Program-made: the position numbers and the translations under genes
Origin: Octopus bimaculoides
Lineage: Eukaryota
NCBI RefSeq assembly: GCF_001194135.2
Contig: NC_068990.1
Span: 32,368,152 to 32,432,151, forward strand
DNA length: 64,000 nucleotides
Reading direction: 5' to 3'
Shown here: piece after piece, positions 1-12,049 of the stretch
Layout: every line of letters starts with the position of its first letter
How positions within the stretch are numbered: position 1 is the stretch's first letter
Notes under the pieces: model-generated
Database searches by the model: none
What the model was told of the DNA's origin: nothing
Seen by the model: only the letters and a program-made list of their open reading frames with translations

Positions 1-84
1 TTTCTTTTGTCAGCTGTATCTATATATTAGGACTGTGTATATAATTTTGGGTTTTTGTTTCTTTTTTTTCTTTACTTCTCTCAG

Positions 85-206
85 ATTAAGTGCTGCCAAA
101 GTTGAGGATTTTGTAATGGCTGTGAGAGAAGTTCATCTTCAGTTCCATTGGCCATTTCCAATTCCCCCTAGCTGTCATTATCAACATCTGAAGAGAACAC
201 TGGCTG
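85..206 (+). CDS. RIC1: RIC1 internal exon (first in window)
   Basis: Polypyrimidine tract + AG at 83-84, GTTAGT donor at 207. 122 nt, translating to (R)LSAAKVEDFVMAVREVHLQFHWPFPIPPSCHYQHLKRTLA, similar to the RIC1 motif recalled as [22 protein letters not shown]. Phase matches the next exon. Confidence 0.9.
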
Positions 207-2286
207 GTTAGTATTTCTTCATTCTACTCTGTTGTATTAAATACTGTGCATGTTTAATTATAATTTTGACTTCTGCAGGATATGTTTATTTAAATATACA
301 AGTAATGTTAATCTGAAACAAGAGTTCTATTAGTGACAAAGAACAGAAAGAACTGGATAATAATGAAGGTCATGTATTGAGTTATCGGCTACAAGTGTGA
401 AAACTGATGTTGTTGGACATGAAAGATACCTAGCATCATCACACTGTAAAATAATTGATTGTTTAGGAATTTGTGTTAGCGACATCCTTAACGACTTTAG
501 AACTTTAAGTAATTGCTGCATGTTGAAAGTATTGGAGATTTTTAAAGATTTGAACAAATAAAGACTGTCACAGTTGTTAATATTCATTTCTTACATAGAC
601 ATAAGGTATGTTTATAGTTGATTGGGTAATTATACTGTGATGTTCATGTCTTTCTCATTAGAAACGAAAGTGAAGTGAGAGTTGTTTCTACATTTACTGA
701 AACAGAATAATTAAACTGAAGTAGCTATGGTAGTTAACTTTCATGTTCAAATACAGATCAAATTTATGAAGTGTATAATTCAGCAAGACATTTAATTCTA
801 CATTATCCAGTATACTTACTAGGAATAGATTCCAGATCATTAGGGAATGTTACCTGTGATTTAGACTATCATTCTGCCCAAGTGGAGAGTTATCTTGTAT
901 CTGATGATAGTAATCCTCAACCCTTGAAGAAACCTCAGTCTGCTAAACATCACATCCAAATTATCCTCAAATTACACTCTATCATCTTTAAAAAAAATGA
1001 AGGACATACTGGATAGTGTAGTTCTAGATATACTATGTCTGAAAGCAAGACATGCTGGCTATGAGTAGAATACTTTTTATAGTAGGTCTACTGGATCAAG
1101 GTTGACGTGTAGCTAAACAATAATCTCTTCTGGGTTATAAGACATATTTTCAGTTTGAGCATTAATAAGTCACAATACAGTTTTTGAAGAAAGGTTTCAA
1201 TGCTTTTACTAGTTGTGAAAATTCAGTTATTCTTTGAAACAAATAATTTATGAACAAAAAAATATATCATGTTTACTTTGTGGAAGCAAATCTGCACTTA
1301 ATAAATCAAGAGATCTGAATAGCTGAAAATAGATAAAAGTAAAACAGTTTTGTAAAGAAAACAAATTAATTATTCATAGTAAATTATTTTCTGCATTTCT
1401 TTTTTCAGGAATGTGTTTTCTAATTTTCCCCTGCACGTGTGTGTATTGTTTATGGAACACATGCATATATCTGTATATGTTAGTGTCTGTATACATGTGC
1501 GTGTATGATTTCCTGTATGTTTGTATAATTCTTTGTGTGGATTTATATGTATGGTTCTCTTCTATTACCTCCTATGTCTAACTTTATGGTTAAATCTTTA
1601 ACTTCACTGGTTATCATAAGTTAGCAGGTCTGTCCTTGTACACTAGTTAACGTAATGCTTTTATCACTATTAAGGACCATAAGCCAACTTCACATCAAAC
1701 CTTAAATGCAGGCTGATAAACCCTACTATGTCTGAGATTGATATAGTTTACAAACAGTTTGGCCATATAGTTTTTGCTCCATTGCCCAGCTTGTTCCTAT
1801 GATATTCACTGTTACAGTAAATTATGATTAGAGACAGCAGTAGGTTTAACTAACAGTTAGTAAACATATGCAATAAGATAAGTCAGAAGAATTCAACATG
1901 AATTCTAATGTTGTGCTTTGATAATGTGTTATGAAAATTCAAATTATGTACTTTATAAGATAGTTTTTGTGTGGCTTTAAATACAATATGGAAACATTCA
2001 TTAAAAAAATTGCTAAAACGAACTTAAATGTTTTTAACAAAATGCACTAGACTTTTAGAGAAAAAGCACAAAATACATTTGGTTGTTCTGGACTTTAAGA
2101 ATATGTGAAAATGAAAATAAATTCTGAACACCAAGAGAAATTTTATGCAAGATTCAAGAATATTTTACTTATTTTATTTTGAGATTCTTTTGCAGAAGTT
2201 GACACCATTTTTTGTTACTTTTGGGGGTTAAAAGAAATTAATATAGATTAAATACCAAATGTGTTTCTCTTTCTCTCACAAAATAG

Positions 2287-2490
2287 CATCAAACTGCAAC
2301 TTGACTCCATCATCTGGTTCACCTGCCTACATGGATCTTATGAATGGTCTGGATTCTGAGTCTCCAGCTGCTGCCACAAAATGTAATTCTGAGCTGTTGA
2401 ATCTGGAAACCTCACAGCCACTTACTGTTGATTCAATCAGTTCTGCTTATGCATCTGCAGAAGTTTTCCTAAAGCCACAAACAAACAAAA
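2287..2490 (+). CDS. RIC1: RIC1 internal exon (linker region)
   Basis: TCTCTTTCTCTCACAAAATAG acceptor and GTAAGT donor at 2491. 204 nt, phase 1-1, open: ASNCNLTPSSGSPAYMDL...VFLKPQTNK. Joins the flanking exons in frame. Confidence 0.8.
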
Positions 2491-3299
2491 GTAAGTATCA
2501 AAATTTACCATTATTCATCCCAACCAAGGTGACATTTCAGAACTAAACTGAATATTCAAAGACAGTTTATTTCTTAAAAGGTTTCTTATACTATTTTAGA
2601 TTAACTGTCTCCACAGTGAGAATTCTGTCACAATATTTATAAATAGCTGGCACCATGAAGTGAAAGTTATTAAATTTTAATACTGCCGATTTCCATCTTA
2701 AGAAAAATAATACATAAATGTAATTTTTTTTTACTAATTTAAAATTGTAAGTTTCTTTTTCTTAGTTGCCAAAATGACTTGTTCTGTTCCTATGGTGAAA
2801 AATGAATAAGGCAATGAAAATATATTGAACTCATGACACAAAAATCCTGGTTTTTAAATCTATCTACTAACACTATGCCATACCCAAAATCAGGGTATAC
2901 TACTGCATTTTCTACTGTCAATTTAAGTAGAAGTAAATATCACAAATCAACAGAAGTCAAGTTTCTGTTTCAATGTGGCTTTGGTCTACCTTTCCTCAAA
3001 ATATGGACTCTTCCTACATTCTGTTTGCAGGCATTTCGTTGTGTCTTTAAGTAAGACATTTCTGATTTTTATAGCTTCAATTTACGTATGGCTAGTTGTG
3101 ACAGTTGACACTTCTTTTCTTTAAAAGATAACAAAATGTTAAAACTGTCTTTTATTTTTTCCCCAATCAAGTTGAATCCAAGTTTTTTTCTAATAAATGG
3201 AAAAATAATGTAACCAAGGCTGACACTGACAGATTTAATGCAGTTTATTGTTACTACCTGGTCTGTTACTCAAATAAGTTTCAAGAAACACACTTTGAT

Positions 3300-4030
3300 G
3301 TGACAATTTTAATTAAAGTGGGTCTTTTGGAGAAAAAGAAATGGTGAGATCAATGTTGAGTCTGAACTTCTGTTGATCTTGGAAATTGTAGTTAGTAGAA
3401 TACAAATGCGGGAAAGAAGGATTGCAAAGTATTTAATGTAGCATTGAATGTGTAAGACAGCTGCAGAGGTAATAGGATATAAATTGGGTACATGGTGAAA
3501 GGTAAGACATTACTTGGTATTTGTGGAGTAGAAATCAATGGAATAATAAGAATAGAAGAGTCGTCAAACAGGCATTGGTTGTAATGTATTGGTAAACCTT
3601 TGTCTATCAGCTTTCTTTATGATGCAATTCAGGAGGTGTATGTGTGTAGTAGCAATGTTCCAGGTATGGGAGCATTTCCCAGATGGAGGAAGCCCTGAAA
3701 TTTGTTGAGGGTCAGCAACATATTTGAGCTAAAGTATTTTCTGATGCCGAAGAGGAAGTTTAGTTTTGGCAATAAGATATATGTGGAGTATGACCACAAT
3801 GAGAGTTTATCGATCATTGCAAAGTCCTGCATTAATAATGAATTTAAAGATTTTATTCATGTGATCTTAATGCGTAAGTTGGAAATAAGGCAAGACTGGA
3901 ATCTTGGAATGTATAGTGATTGGGTCTTGGTGCCATCAGAAGAGACTATGTTGTCAGAAGTCTGTGATGAAGTATCTAATAAGGTGTGCAGTGTGGTACA
4001 CATGGGAATGTGTGGCATTTAATATATGTG
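3300..4030 (-). mobile_element. Degenerate LINE ORF2 3' fragment (CR1/L2/Jockey-like)
   Basis: Minus-strand translation has KLNFLFGIRKYFSSNMLLTL and QSFFP, typical of the post-RT region of these LINEs; many stops and frameshifts. Confidence 0.6.
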
Positions 4031-4143
4031 GAGAACGTAACCAAACCCTGAGGTTCACCAGAATGCATTGATCAATATACAGGTTGTAAAGTAGAAAAAA
4101 ATGGTAAGAATTAGAGAAAAAGAATGTGTGTGTGTGAGAGAGA

Positions 4144-4180
<37 letters not shown>

Positions 4181-4322
4181 GTGAGAGATAAAGATTTGAG
4201 AGAGAAAGGAGTATATCTGAGTCTTCACTCATGCTATTGTAATCACCACTTTCCTTGTATTAACTTCTCTTAAATATATTATAAACTTCTGTCTAGCGAA
4301 TGTTTGTAATGTATATCCACAG

Positions 4323-4500
4323 ATGAAGATAGCAGCATTGCAACAACTGAAGTACTGTCAGACAACAGTTCTTGGTTGGCTGAGCAAGATGTTAGTGCTG
4401 ATCCAATCACTTTGTCCTCAGACCTCATCTCACAAGAACTTGAAATGCTATCACAAGAAGTTGCTAACAAAGGTCCTCCCATATCAGATCTTGAACTCAG
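4323..4500 (+). CDS. RIC1: RIC1 internal exon
   Basis: CAG acceptor, GTAACT donor at 4501. 178 nt: EDSSIATTEVLSDNSSWLAEQ...QEVANKGPPISDLELR, matching the RIC1 KGPxxSxxQLR motif. Confidence 0.9.
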
Positions 4501-4565
4501 GTAACTTGTTTTTTAGTCTAATAATAGAAATAAAGTACATTGTTTATTATATGTAAGATTGTTTT

Positions 4566-4805
4566 AAGGCAGCAGACTGGCAGAATTGTTAGTGTGTTGG
4601 ACAAAATACTTTGCAGCATTTCTTTTGGCTCTTTATGTTCTGAGTTCAAATTCTGCCTAGGTTGATTTTTAACTTTCATCCTTTCAGGGTCATTAAATTA
4701 ACTGTCAGTTGAGTATTGAGGTCAGTGTAATTAACTAACCTCCTCCTCACAAATTTCAGGTCTTGTGCTTATTGTGCCTATAGTAGAAATTATTATTATT
4801 ATTAT
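4566..4805 (+). mobile_element. tRNA-derived SINE family A (degenerate)
   Basis: AAGGCAGCAGACTGGCAGAA head, GAGTTCAAATT B-box, (ATT)n tail; homologous to the copy at 19852. Confidence 0.85.
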
Positions 4806-5235
4806 TGGTTCTTTATATGTGGACAAAAATGTGTCTGTACTGCTATATTTATATGCATATGATCACATATGTTTGTTTTGTTAGTAGTCCTCTATTTGTC
4901 AATTAGGTGCATGTTGCTCCAAGCATTTTGTCATGCATTTAAATAATCACAAACTTCTGTCTTTGACAGTGTCTTATTTAATTAATTGCTCACTTGTCAA
5001 TGAGTATACAGCTCTTTGGCTGATAATTCCTGTTTTGCTGACTCACTGATACAGACAACATGTCTACAATTTTATTCTTTGTTCTATTCTTTGAGGCACT
5101 CACTTGATATTCTTCTGATGATGAAGTGATTCTTCCAGCATCATGGAAATAATTGTAAGGATATGGATTATTAAATAAATCTATCTTGTTTTATTCTAGT
5201 TCTTTAATCATTATACATATATGGCTTTTAGCCAA

Positions 5236-5379
5236 TACCTTCTGATGAGGACACATGGCTATGTTTCACAAAGCTATAAGAACTTATGTTGCTCCATACA
5301 CCTGTGACATTGTGGATCTTTATGTAACAGGCATGGCTATAGCATAAGCCATAGTTCATCCGAAACAGCTGTCAAGATA
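5236..5379 (+). ncRNA. Type I minimal hammerhead ribozyme motif (Penelope-type) in a RIC1 intron
   Basis: CTT-CTGATGA(5242-48)-GGA...TCC-GAAA(5362-65)-C-AGCT-GTC(5371-73)-AAG. Stem I CTT/AAG, stem II GGA/TCC plus ATGGCT/AGCCAT, near-palindromic stem III. Confidence 0.7.
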
Positions 5380-6439
5380 AGACTATTACAAAATTGTTTT
5401 TTTAGTATTTTGTATTCTATGTAATTATACTCATCAAGCCTACTTATATTTCATCTACCTTTTTACTTGTATCTATATAAACTAGATTAAAGAGTACTTA
5501 ATACAAGAAGTACAGTTTATGACAGTTTCTGAGGACTGGAATCATGAAACCAGTATCTACTGAGGTTTCAGCTTCAGATTTCAAACATATTTCTCCACTA
5601 TTAAAAAGCTGTAGTTCAGTGTCAAAGTTGAACATTGCATCACTCTGGAAATACAATGTGAAAGTTCCATTAGTAATATTATTTTGTTGGCCAAAGTATC
5701 ACCATTAAGATGGGATAAATATTTCTCACTGTGAGCCCTGCCTTTATCGGAAAACATTGTTTGCAGATTCAGCACCTTAAAACATGTGGTTCCTTGTTTG
5801 CTGTGTGAAATTTCCAAATCACATTGACCAAGTCAAGCTAATGTATGAAAAGCTCCCTGTATAGTTAGAAAATACTGATTTCTATGTGTTTGCCAAATCT
5901 CCAGTAATTTAAGTAAAGTGGAATGGTTCCAGCATTGCATACAGTGAATTGATAAATAATGATTGAATAAAGAAGCACAGATTATTTGTGTACTGTCGGC
6001 CATATTAATTCTATGTTGTAAGGTTTACTGATGGCCAGCTGTCTTTGTCTCAACAGATTGCAACTGCAATAGATAAGCTGTGTTCAATTAATAAGAAGGA
6101 TTAAGTAAATAGATAATTATTGATGGGTTAATAATAAATTGGTAATTGATAGACAAGATAGGTAATTAGAGATCAACAGTAATATTAGATACATAATAAT
6201 ACATATATAATTAACTGGATCAATCATACTTAACACTCTGCTGCCTACTCATCCTGCCAAAATAATTATATAGTCACAATTATATGGAAAAACAATACAA
6301 TTAGAATGGAATCAGATAAACTTGGTGAAGAAAGCAATTAGAAGTAACATTTACTTTAGCTTCAACACACAAAATTATAATAGTAAATTTTAAAAACAAA
6401 AAGAAGCATAAAGAGCCACAAGACATTCTGTCTTCTTCC

Positions 6440-6673
6440 TCTGTATCTATGTTATGTCTATGCTGTATCTACATTATGTCTATGCTGTATCTTTGTGCCA
6501 CTGTATTTATGCTGTCTATGTAACTCTGCAAGCTGTATCTGAATAGTTATGTATCTATGCCATGTACCTATGTATCTATACTGTGCATGTAACACTGAGT
6601 CTATGCTGTGTCTAGCTATGATGTCTCTGAATCTATTCTGTGTCAATGTATTTAAGTTGCATCTCTATACCTT

Positions 6674-6726
<53 letters not shown>

Positions 6727-7320
6727 NNNNNNNNNNNNNNNNNNNNNNNNNNNNNNNNNNNNNNNNNNNNNNNNNNNNNNNNNNNNNNNNNNNNNNNNNN
6801 NNNNNNNNNNNNNNNNNNNNNNNNNNNNNNNNNNNNNNNNNNNNNNNNNNNNNNNNNNNNNNNNNNNNNNNNNNNNNNNNNNNNNNNNNNNNNNNNNNNN
6901 NNNNNNNNNNNNNNNNNNNNNNNNNNNNNNNNNNNNNNNNNNNNNNNNNNNNNNNNNNNNNNNNNNNNNNNNNNNNNNNNNNNNNNATATATATATATAT
7001 ATATATACTGTACTTATGTCTTCCCATTCCTATGTATCTATACTGTGTCTATACCTCTGCACTTCTGTATATATTTATTTCTGTAGCAATATACCTTTGT
7101 GCCTCGGTATCAATGCTGTGTCTTTGTACCAATGTGCTCCTGTACAGTTATATCTCTGTATCCATGTACAGCTATACTCTTTTTTTTTTTGTTGTTTTAC
7201 CTTTGTACCTATTTACCTCTGTACCTATAAACTATATATAGGTACTGCTTCAGTACCTATATATTTGTGTACCTGTGTGCTTATGAATTTCTGTATTTGC
7301 TTCTATTTGTACAGCTATAG
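6440..7320. repeat. Degenerate TGTATCTATG-like simple repeat and (TA)n flanking an assembly gap
   Basis: Visible low-complexity repeat; N run at 6727-6986. Confidence 0.8.
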
Positions 7321-8658
7321 TTCTTTTTCCTCCAATATCATCAACAACAACAACACTATTTGCCTCTAATTTACATAACAGTAACATATTCTCCAATATA
7401 AACAACAGTATCAGAGCAATCCTGACAAATCTTTTGGGGAAGTTTATACATTTTGCGAAGAGGATATCTAAATTCTCCCTCAGTTTACAGTCTAAGTATG
7501 AAACTTCTCTATCTAATGTATCGGCCTTGTTTATAAAATAACAATACTGTTCCACTGAGTTCAGCAGGCCAGGAATGGTTCATTTTGAGATTCATTAACA
7601 ACAGTTTGGTTAGCTCTGGTCATGTCCGAGTTGGTTTGTCAATCGTTCTGAGAATGATTAGTAAGGTGAGATAAAAAAAAGTCAGGTGAGATAAAAAAGA
7701 AAAAAGGCCTTGGTGTAATAGTTTAAGTATAATGAGAACTTGAGAAAAAAAAAATGATTGGATAACATTATTACTTTCTGGTTCAACTTCCAATAGGAGG
7801 TAAAGACTATATTGAGAATTGGGTGAAGTGGTGTCTGTGGATGTCTTGTTCTGAAGGAACAAAACCTAAAGCGGTAAACTTAAGAGATTGTTTTTTGAGA
7901 ATTATTTACTAAGAATTGACTTTCACATAAGAAATTTGTTGTTGTTTGTTCCCACTTTGGCCTTGAATGATCAAAAGCTTTCCAGTTGTGATCATCCCAT
8001 CTTTTTTCTTGAGAGGCTCTCTTGGTAGTCCGACTGCCTTTAGTTGGTTGGTGGATAGTCTGCCAAGAAAGTATAAATTCATTCCATCAATATGTTAAAT
8101 GTAGTAACTGAAAAAGGTGTGTGTGTGTCTATATATGTGTGTGTCTCTGTACATGAATATGTATTCAGATACATAGTCATGCTTGTGTAAGTTTAGTTGT
8201 AGTTAGTATGTCTGTTTAAAGCAGTTCTAGTTTCATTTCCAGTTCATTAGAGCCACAACTGTATGGCTGGAAAGATTGATAATGTTGATTTTATTGATCT
8301 CTTTTCTCTATATATTGATCACTGAGATAAGAAAGTTTGGGTTTTCACAGTCTTCTTCTGTTATTTATTTTAATATGTGTCAACTGACAGTGATGAATTA
8401 ATATGGAAGTAAAAATAATTCAACCGACTGGCTTTGGTTGAAGAGTAGGGCAGGACTGTGGTAGTTTTAATGTCTATATTGATTGACAGTGATAAATGAA
8501 ACAGGAGAGAAATTTCATTTGAGTGAACTTTTGTCTAGAGATTGGCTGTTTATGTTAACCTAACTTATATAGACAGAGGCATGAAAGTGTGTTGAGGGGT
8601 GCGACTTGGTTTAGATACTAGACTGAATGGCGGGATACCAGGAAAAATAACATTTATG

Positions 8659-8955
8659 TAGGCTAGACCAAATAGAAGTAGATTCGTGTAAGATAGACCA
8701 GACTGAGGAAGTGGGCCTATATGGAGTAAACCAGGTAGAGGAGGTGGGTTTATATGGGACAGACCAGATAGAGGAGGTAGGTCAGCACAGAGTAAACCAG
8801 ATAGAGGGGGTGGGTCTATATGGGGTAGACCAGATAGAAGAGGTGGGTCAGTGTGGAGTTAACCAGATAGAGGGGGTGGGTCTATGTACGGTAGAGCAGA
8901 TAGAAGAGGTGGGTCTAGGTGGGATGGACCAGAGGAAGTGGGTCTGTGTAGAGTG
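8659..8955 (+). repeat. 33-bp minisatellite, about 8 copies
   Basis: Units start at 8711, 8744, 8777, 8810, 8843, 8876 and 8909; consensus near GTGGGTCTATATGGAGTAAACCAGATAGAGGAG. Confidence 0.92.
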
Positions 8956-9299
8956 TAGTCCCCTTTATCCCATCTAACTATTTCTCCTCACATTCTTATG
9001 AAATTTTCCTCTCTGTTCCCTTTCTCACTCAGCCAGTTTAATCCTCTCTGTCACTTCACCTATATCCACTCCCCACTGCACCTTGATGCTATGTCTTGGC
9101 ACATATCCACCACCATCCCTCTCACTCTCTCCATCTCTATATTTCTCTGTGTGTCTCTTTTTCAATCTCTTCTTCTCCAAATTGGTTATCTTTGTACCTT
9201 TTCTACAGCAAGACACTTATCTCTATCCATCTATTATTCTTGTAATCTCTCATCAACTGGCACAAAGCCACCTCCCTCAATACTACTCTCCCCAGTTGA

Positions 9300-9520
9300 G
9301 GGGACTTAGTCCTGGCTTGCATGTTACTTGGTTACACCATTGGGGTTTGTACTTTGAAAAAAGTACCCAGTCCACTCTGTAAAGGGGTTGGTATTAGGAA
9401 GGGCATCAAGCCATAAAGCAGACAGTAGACCTTGGCACAGCCCTCTGGTCTGCCAGCTCTTGTCAAACCATCCAACGCATAGCAGCATGCCAAATGGATG
9501 TTAAATGACCACGATGATGT
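9300..9520 (+). mobile_element. SINE family C (Meta-like domain, RTE-type tail), degenerate
   Basis: GGTTGGTATTAGGAAGGGCATC core, followed by a GATG-type tail. Confidence 0.7.
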
Positions 9521-9537
9521 GTGTGTGTGTGTGTGTT

Positions 9538-9575
<38 letters not shown>

Positions 9576-9983
9576 AATCAGATAGTGGTACAACAATGCA
9601 CCAATATTTACTGGAGATAGCAGTCGATAATATATGACGCTATATATAAGCATAGTTGACACATTACTCATATATTGTACCATTGTGAGTGACACTCAGT
9701 TCTACAAGGTGATATACACATAGAATTAACAGATTTTTAAAATTTTTATTGTTGTTATTGTTCTGTTATCATTTTCCAGATTTGTGAAGCATCTTATTTA
9801 AGTTTTCTTTGTTGTTGTTGTTGTTTGTGCATTTGTTTTAGTTATGGCTTTTTACATTTCTACTTGGTTACTCAAAAAAATTTTTTCCCTTTAACACAGA
9901 AATTACTTGTTTTCAAAATACATCTGCAAGTGATTGCAATAATCTTTTGAACATGCAGTAACTGGAACTGTTCTTCATTTCAG

Positions 9984-10172
9984 ATACTTGTTGCAGCTGA
10001 TTCTAGAGGCTGGTTGTCTAGAATGGGCCCTCATCATTTCTGTGGTGCTTCGTGATACTTTGGCTGTGGTTCGTACTGTAAATACTGCAAGCATGACAGA
10101 TACACCCCTAGAGATGCTGGGGCGAATGAGGGAGGGCTTATCTTACCTGGAACTCTGGGCAGAAACAGAATG
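9984..10172 (+). CDS. RIC1: RIC1 internal exon
   Basis: TTCTTCATTTCAG acceptor, GTAAGT donor at 10173. 189 nt: YLLQLILEAGCLEWALIISVVLRD...LELWAETE, matching RIC1 YLLHIFMEAGCLDW as recalled. Confidence 0.93.
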
Positions 10173-10928
10173 GTAAGTTGCATATTACTTCATGTCTTGA
10201 GACTTTTCATTTATTTCTCTATATCGGAACCGCTTCACAAACCTTCAGTACTTCAGGCAATGGTTTAAAATGTTCCTAATGCTTATTCTATAGTTGTATG
10301 AGAGACAGCATTACTGTTTTTATAATGAATACAAAACTGGATCTTAGGCCTCAATTCAGAGTTTGCAGTGTTCACACGATGACAGCAAATTGTCCTAAAC
10401 ATTTTGTTACAGATCTAAATATTTCCTCATTTGCCATGCTTCTTTTGTATGTCCACTACAATATTTTATTTGGTCAGGGCTGGCATTGTACATGATCAGC
10501 TTATATTTAGATGCTGATTTACTCTAAAGAAACAAATGTCTTTGAAGTCATTTCAGGATTGTTTCTCTTGCAGTATATGGTACTGGTGATTGCCAAGGAG
10601 CTAGAAATGCATTCACTGTTCTGCCAAGAGAAGATGTCTGGGAATGACTGTTGGTGTTTTACAACATGTATAGCCCACAGCGATAAAGGTTTTCTCTGAT
10701 AAATTTCACAGTGAAGACAACCTTTGTCCCATGTCTCCCAAATTGATCTAAATGTTTGTTTGTACATAAAATCATTGTTATCTGGAAAAATATGAATAAT
10801 CCTAATTAGTCAACATTTCTCTCTTGATTTTATGTTTTAATAAGTGTCATTAATACATTTATCTCTACTCCAGATTTTAGTGTTTAACGACTGTAAATAA
10901 TATATATAATAATAATATATATATATAT

Positions 10929-11095
10929 AGTCTCATAGCTTATATATATATAAGCTATGAGACTTGAACTCACACCTCCATGATTACGCGTCGCGGTGCT
11001 CTAAACCATTAAGCTAACCTTAATGAGGGCAGTTTAGCTTAATGGTTTAGAGCACCGCGATGCATAATCACGGAGGTGTGAGTTCGAGTCTCATA
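10929..11095. repeat. Palindromic element of two inverted tRNA-like heads inside (TA)n
   Basis: Arms 10956-11017 and 11034-11095 are reverse complements with 4 mismatches. A-box TAGCTTAATGG and T-arm GTGAG-TTCGAGT-CTCAT are present. Confidence 0.85.
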
Positions 11096-11306
11096 TATAT
11101 ATAAATTTTGTTTTACTTTCATTTATTTATATTCTGGTGATAAGGTCTTTAGAAATTTGGATGTTTGTATATTATTGTAGGAATTATTTTTACAATTGGA
11201 AGACTTGATTGTGAGGGATTTGATGACTGGAGTGATATTTGAACTCATGATAATGTTATTAGTAGTTGTGTGCATTACAATCACCATCATCATGTCTAAA
11301 TAGTAT

Positions 11307-11690
11307 TACTCTTTTACTTGTTTCAGTCATTTGACTGTGGCCATGCTGGAGCACTGCCTTTAGTCGAGCAAATCAACACCAGGACTTATTCTTTGTAAGC
11401 CTGTCGGTCTCTTTTGCCAAACTGCTAAGTTACGGGGACGTAAACACACCCGCATCGGTTGTCAAGCGATGTTGTGGGGACAAACACAGACACACACACA
11501 GACATATATACATATACATATATACGACAAGCTTCTTTCAGTTTCCGTCTACCAAATCCACTCACAAGGCTTTGGTCGGCCCGAGGCTATAGTAGAAGAC
11601 ACTTGCCCAAGGTGCCATGCAGTGGGACTGAACCCTGAACCATGTGGTTGGTAAACAAGCTACTTAACACACAGCCACTCCTGCACCTAT
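11307..11690 (-). mobile_element. tRNA/CORE-like SINE family B, near full length
   Basis: Reverse complement begins ATAGGTGCAGGAGTGGCTGTGTG, has B-box-like GGTTCAGTCCC, the CORE-like TGGGCAAGTGTCTTCTACTATAGCC, an internal microsatellite and a GAAACAAGTAAAAGA tail. Confidence 0.9.
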
Positions 11691-11844
11691 TATAAACTTT
11701 TTGTTGTATTAGTAAAAATTTATGTTAGAAAATAATTTTGATGATTATAATTTTTTCAGAAATTTATCCTAAGTTCTCTAAATTATTATTATTATTATTG
11801 CTTTCATCATCATCATCATTATTATTATTATTATTATTATTAAT

Positions 11845-12045
11845 TGTTGACATGTCAGACAAAATGTTTAGTGGCACTTTCTTTGTCTTTACATTTTGAG
11901 TTCAAATTCTGCTGATGTTGACTTTGCCTTTCATCCTCTTGGTTGATGAAACAAGTACTGGTTGAGTACTAGGATTGATGTAATTGATTACCCCACACTC
12001 CCAAAATTTCATGCTGTGTGCCTATAATAGAAATTGTTATTAATT
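11845..12045 (+). mobile_element. SINE family A (degenerate)
   Basis: GAGTTCAAATTCTGC...GACTTTGCCTTTCATCC core. Confidence 0.75.
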
Positions 12046-12049
12046 ATTA

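Noticed and set aside
5112-5125. Second CTT-CTGATGA near the intronic hammerhead; also CTGATGA at 17299, 39981 and 49634
   Set aside because: No stem II-closing complement before a GAAA, and no matching NUH/stem I.
6549-7369. Long ORFs (up to 230 aa) across 6.5-7.4 kb, and similar ones at 20.0-20.4, 35.1-35.5, 37.4-38.1 and 41.1 kb
   Set aside because: Artefacts of N gaps and (TA)/(CA) microsatellites.
11027-11095. Functional tRNA gene
   Set aside because: It has D- and T-arm-like parts but no complementary acceptor stem; (TA)n follows the T-arm directly, and the CAT 'anticodon' arises from CpG decay in one arm only.
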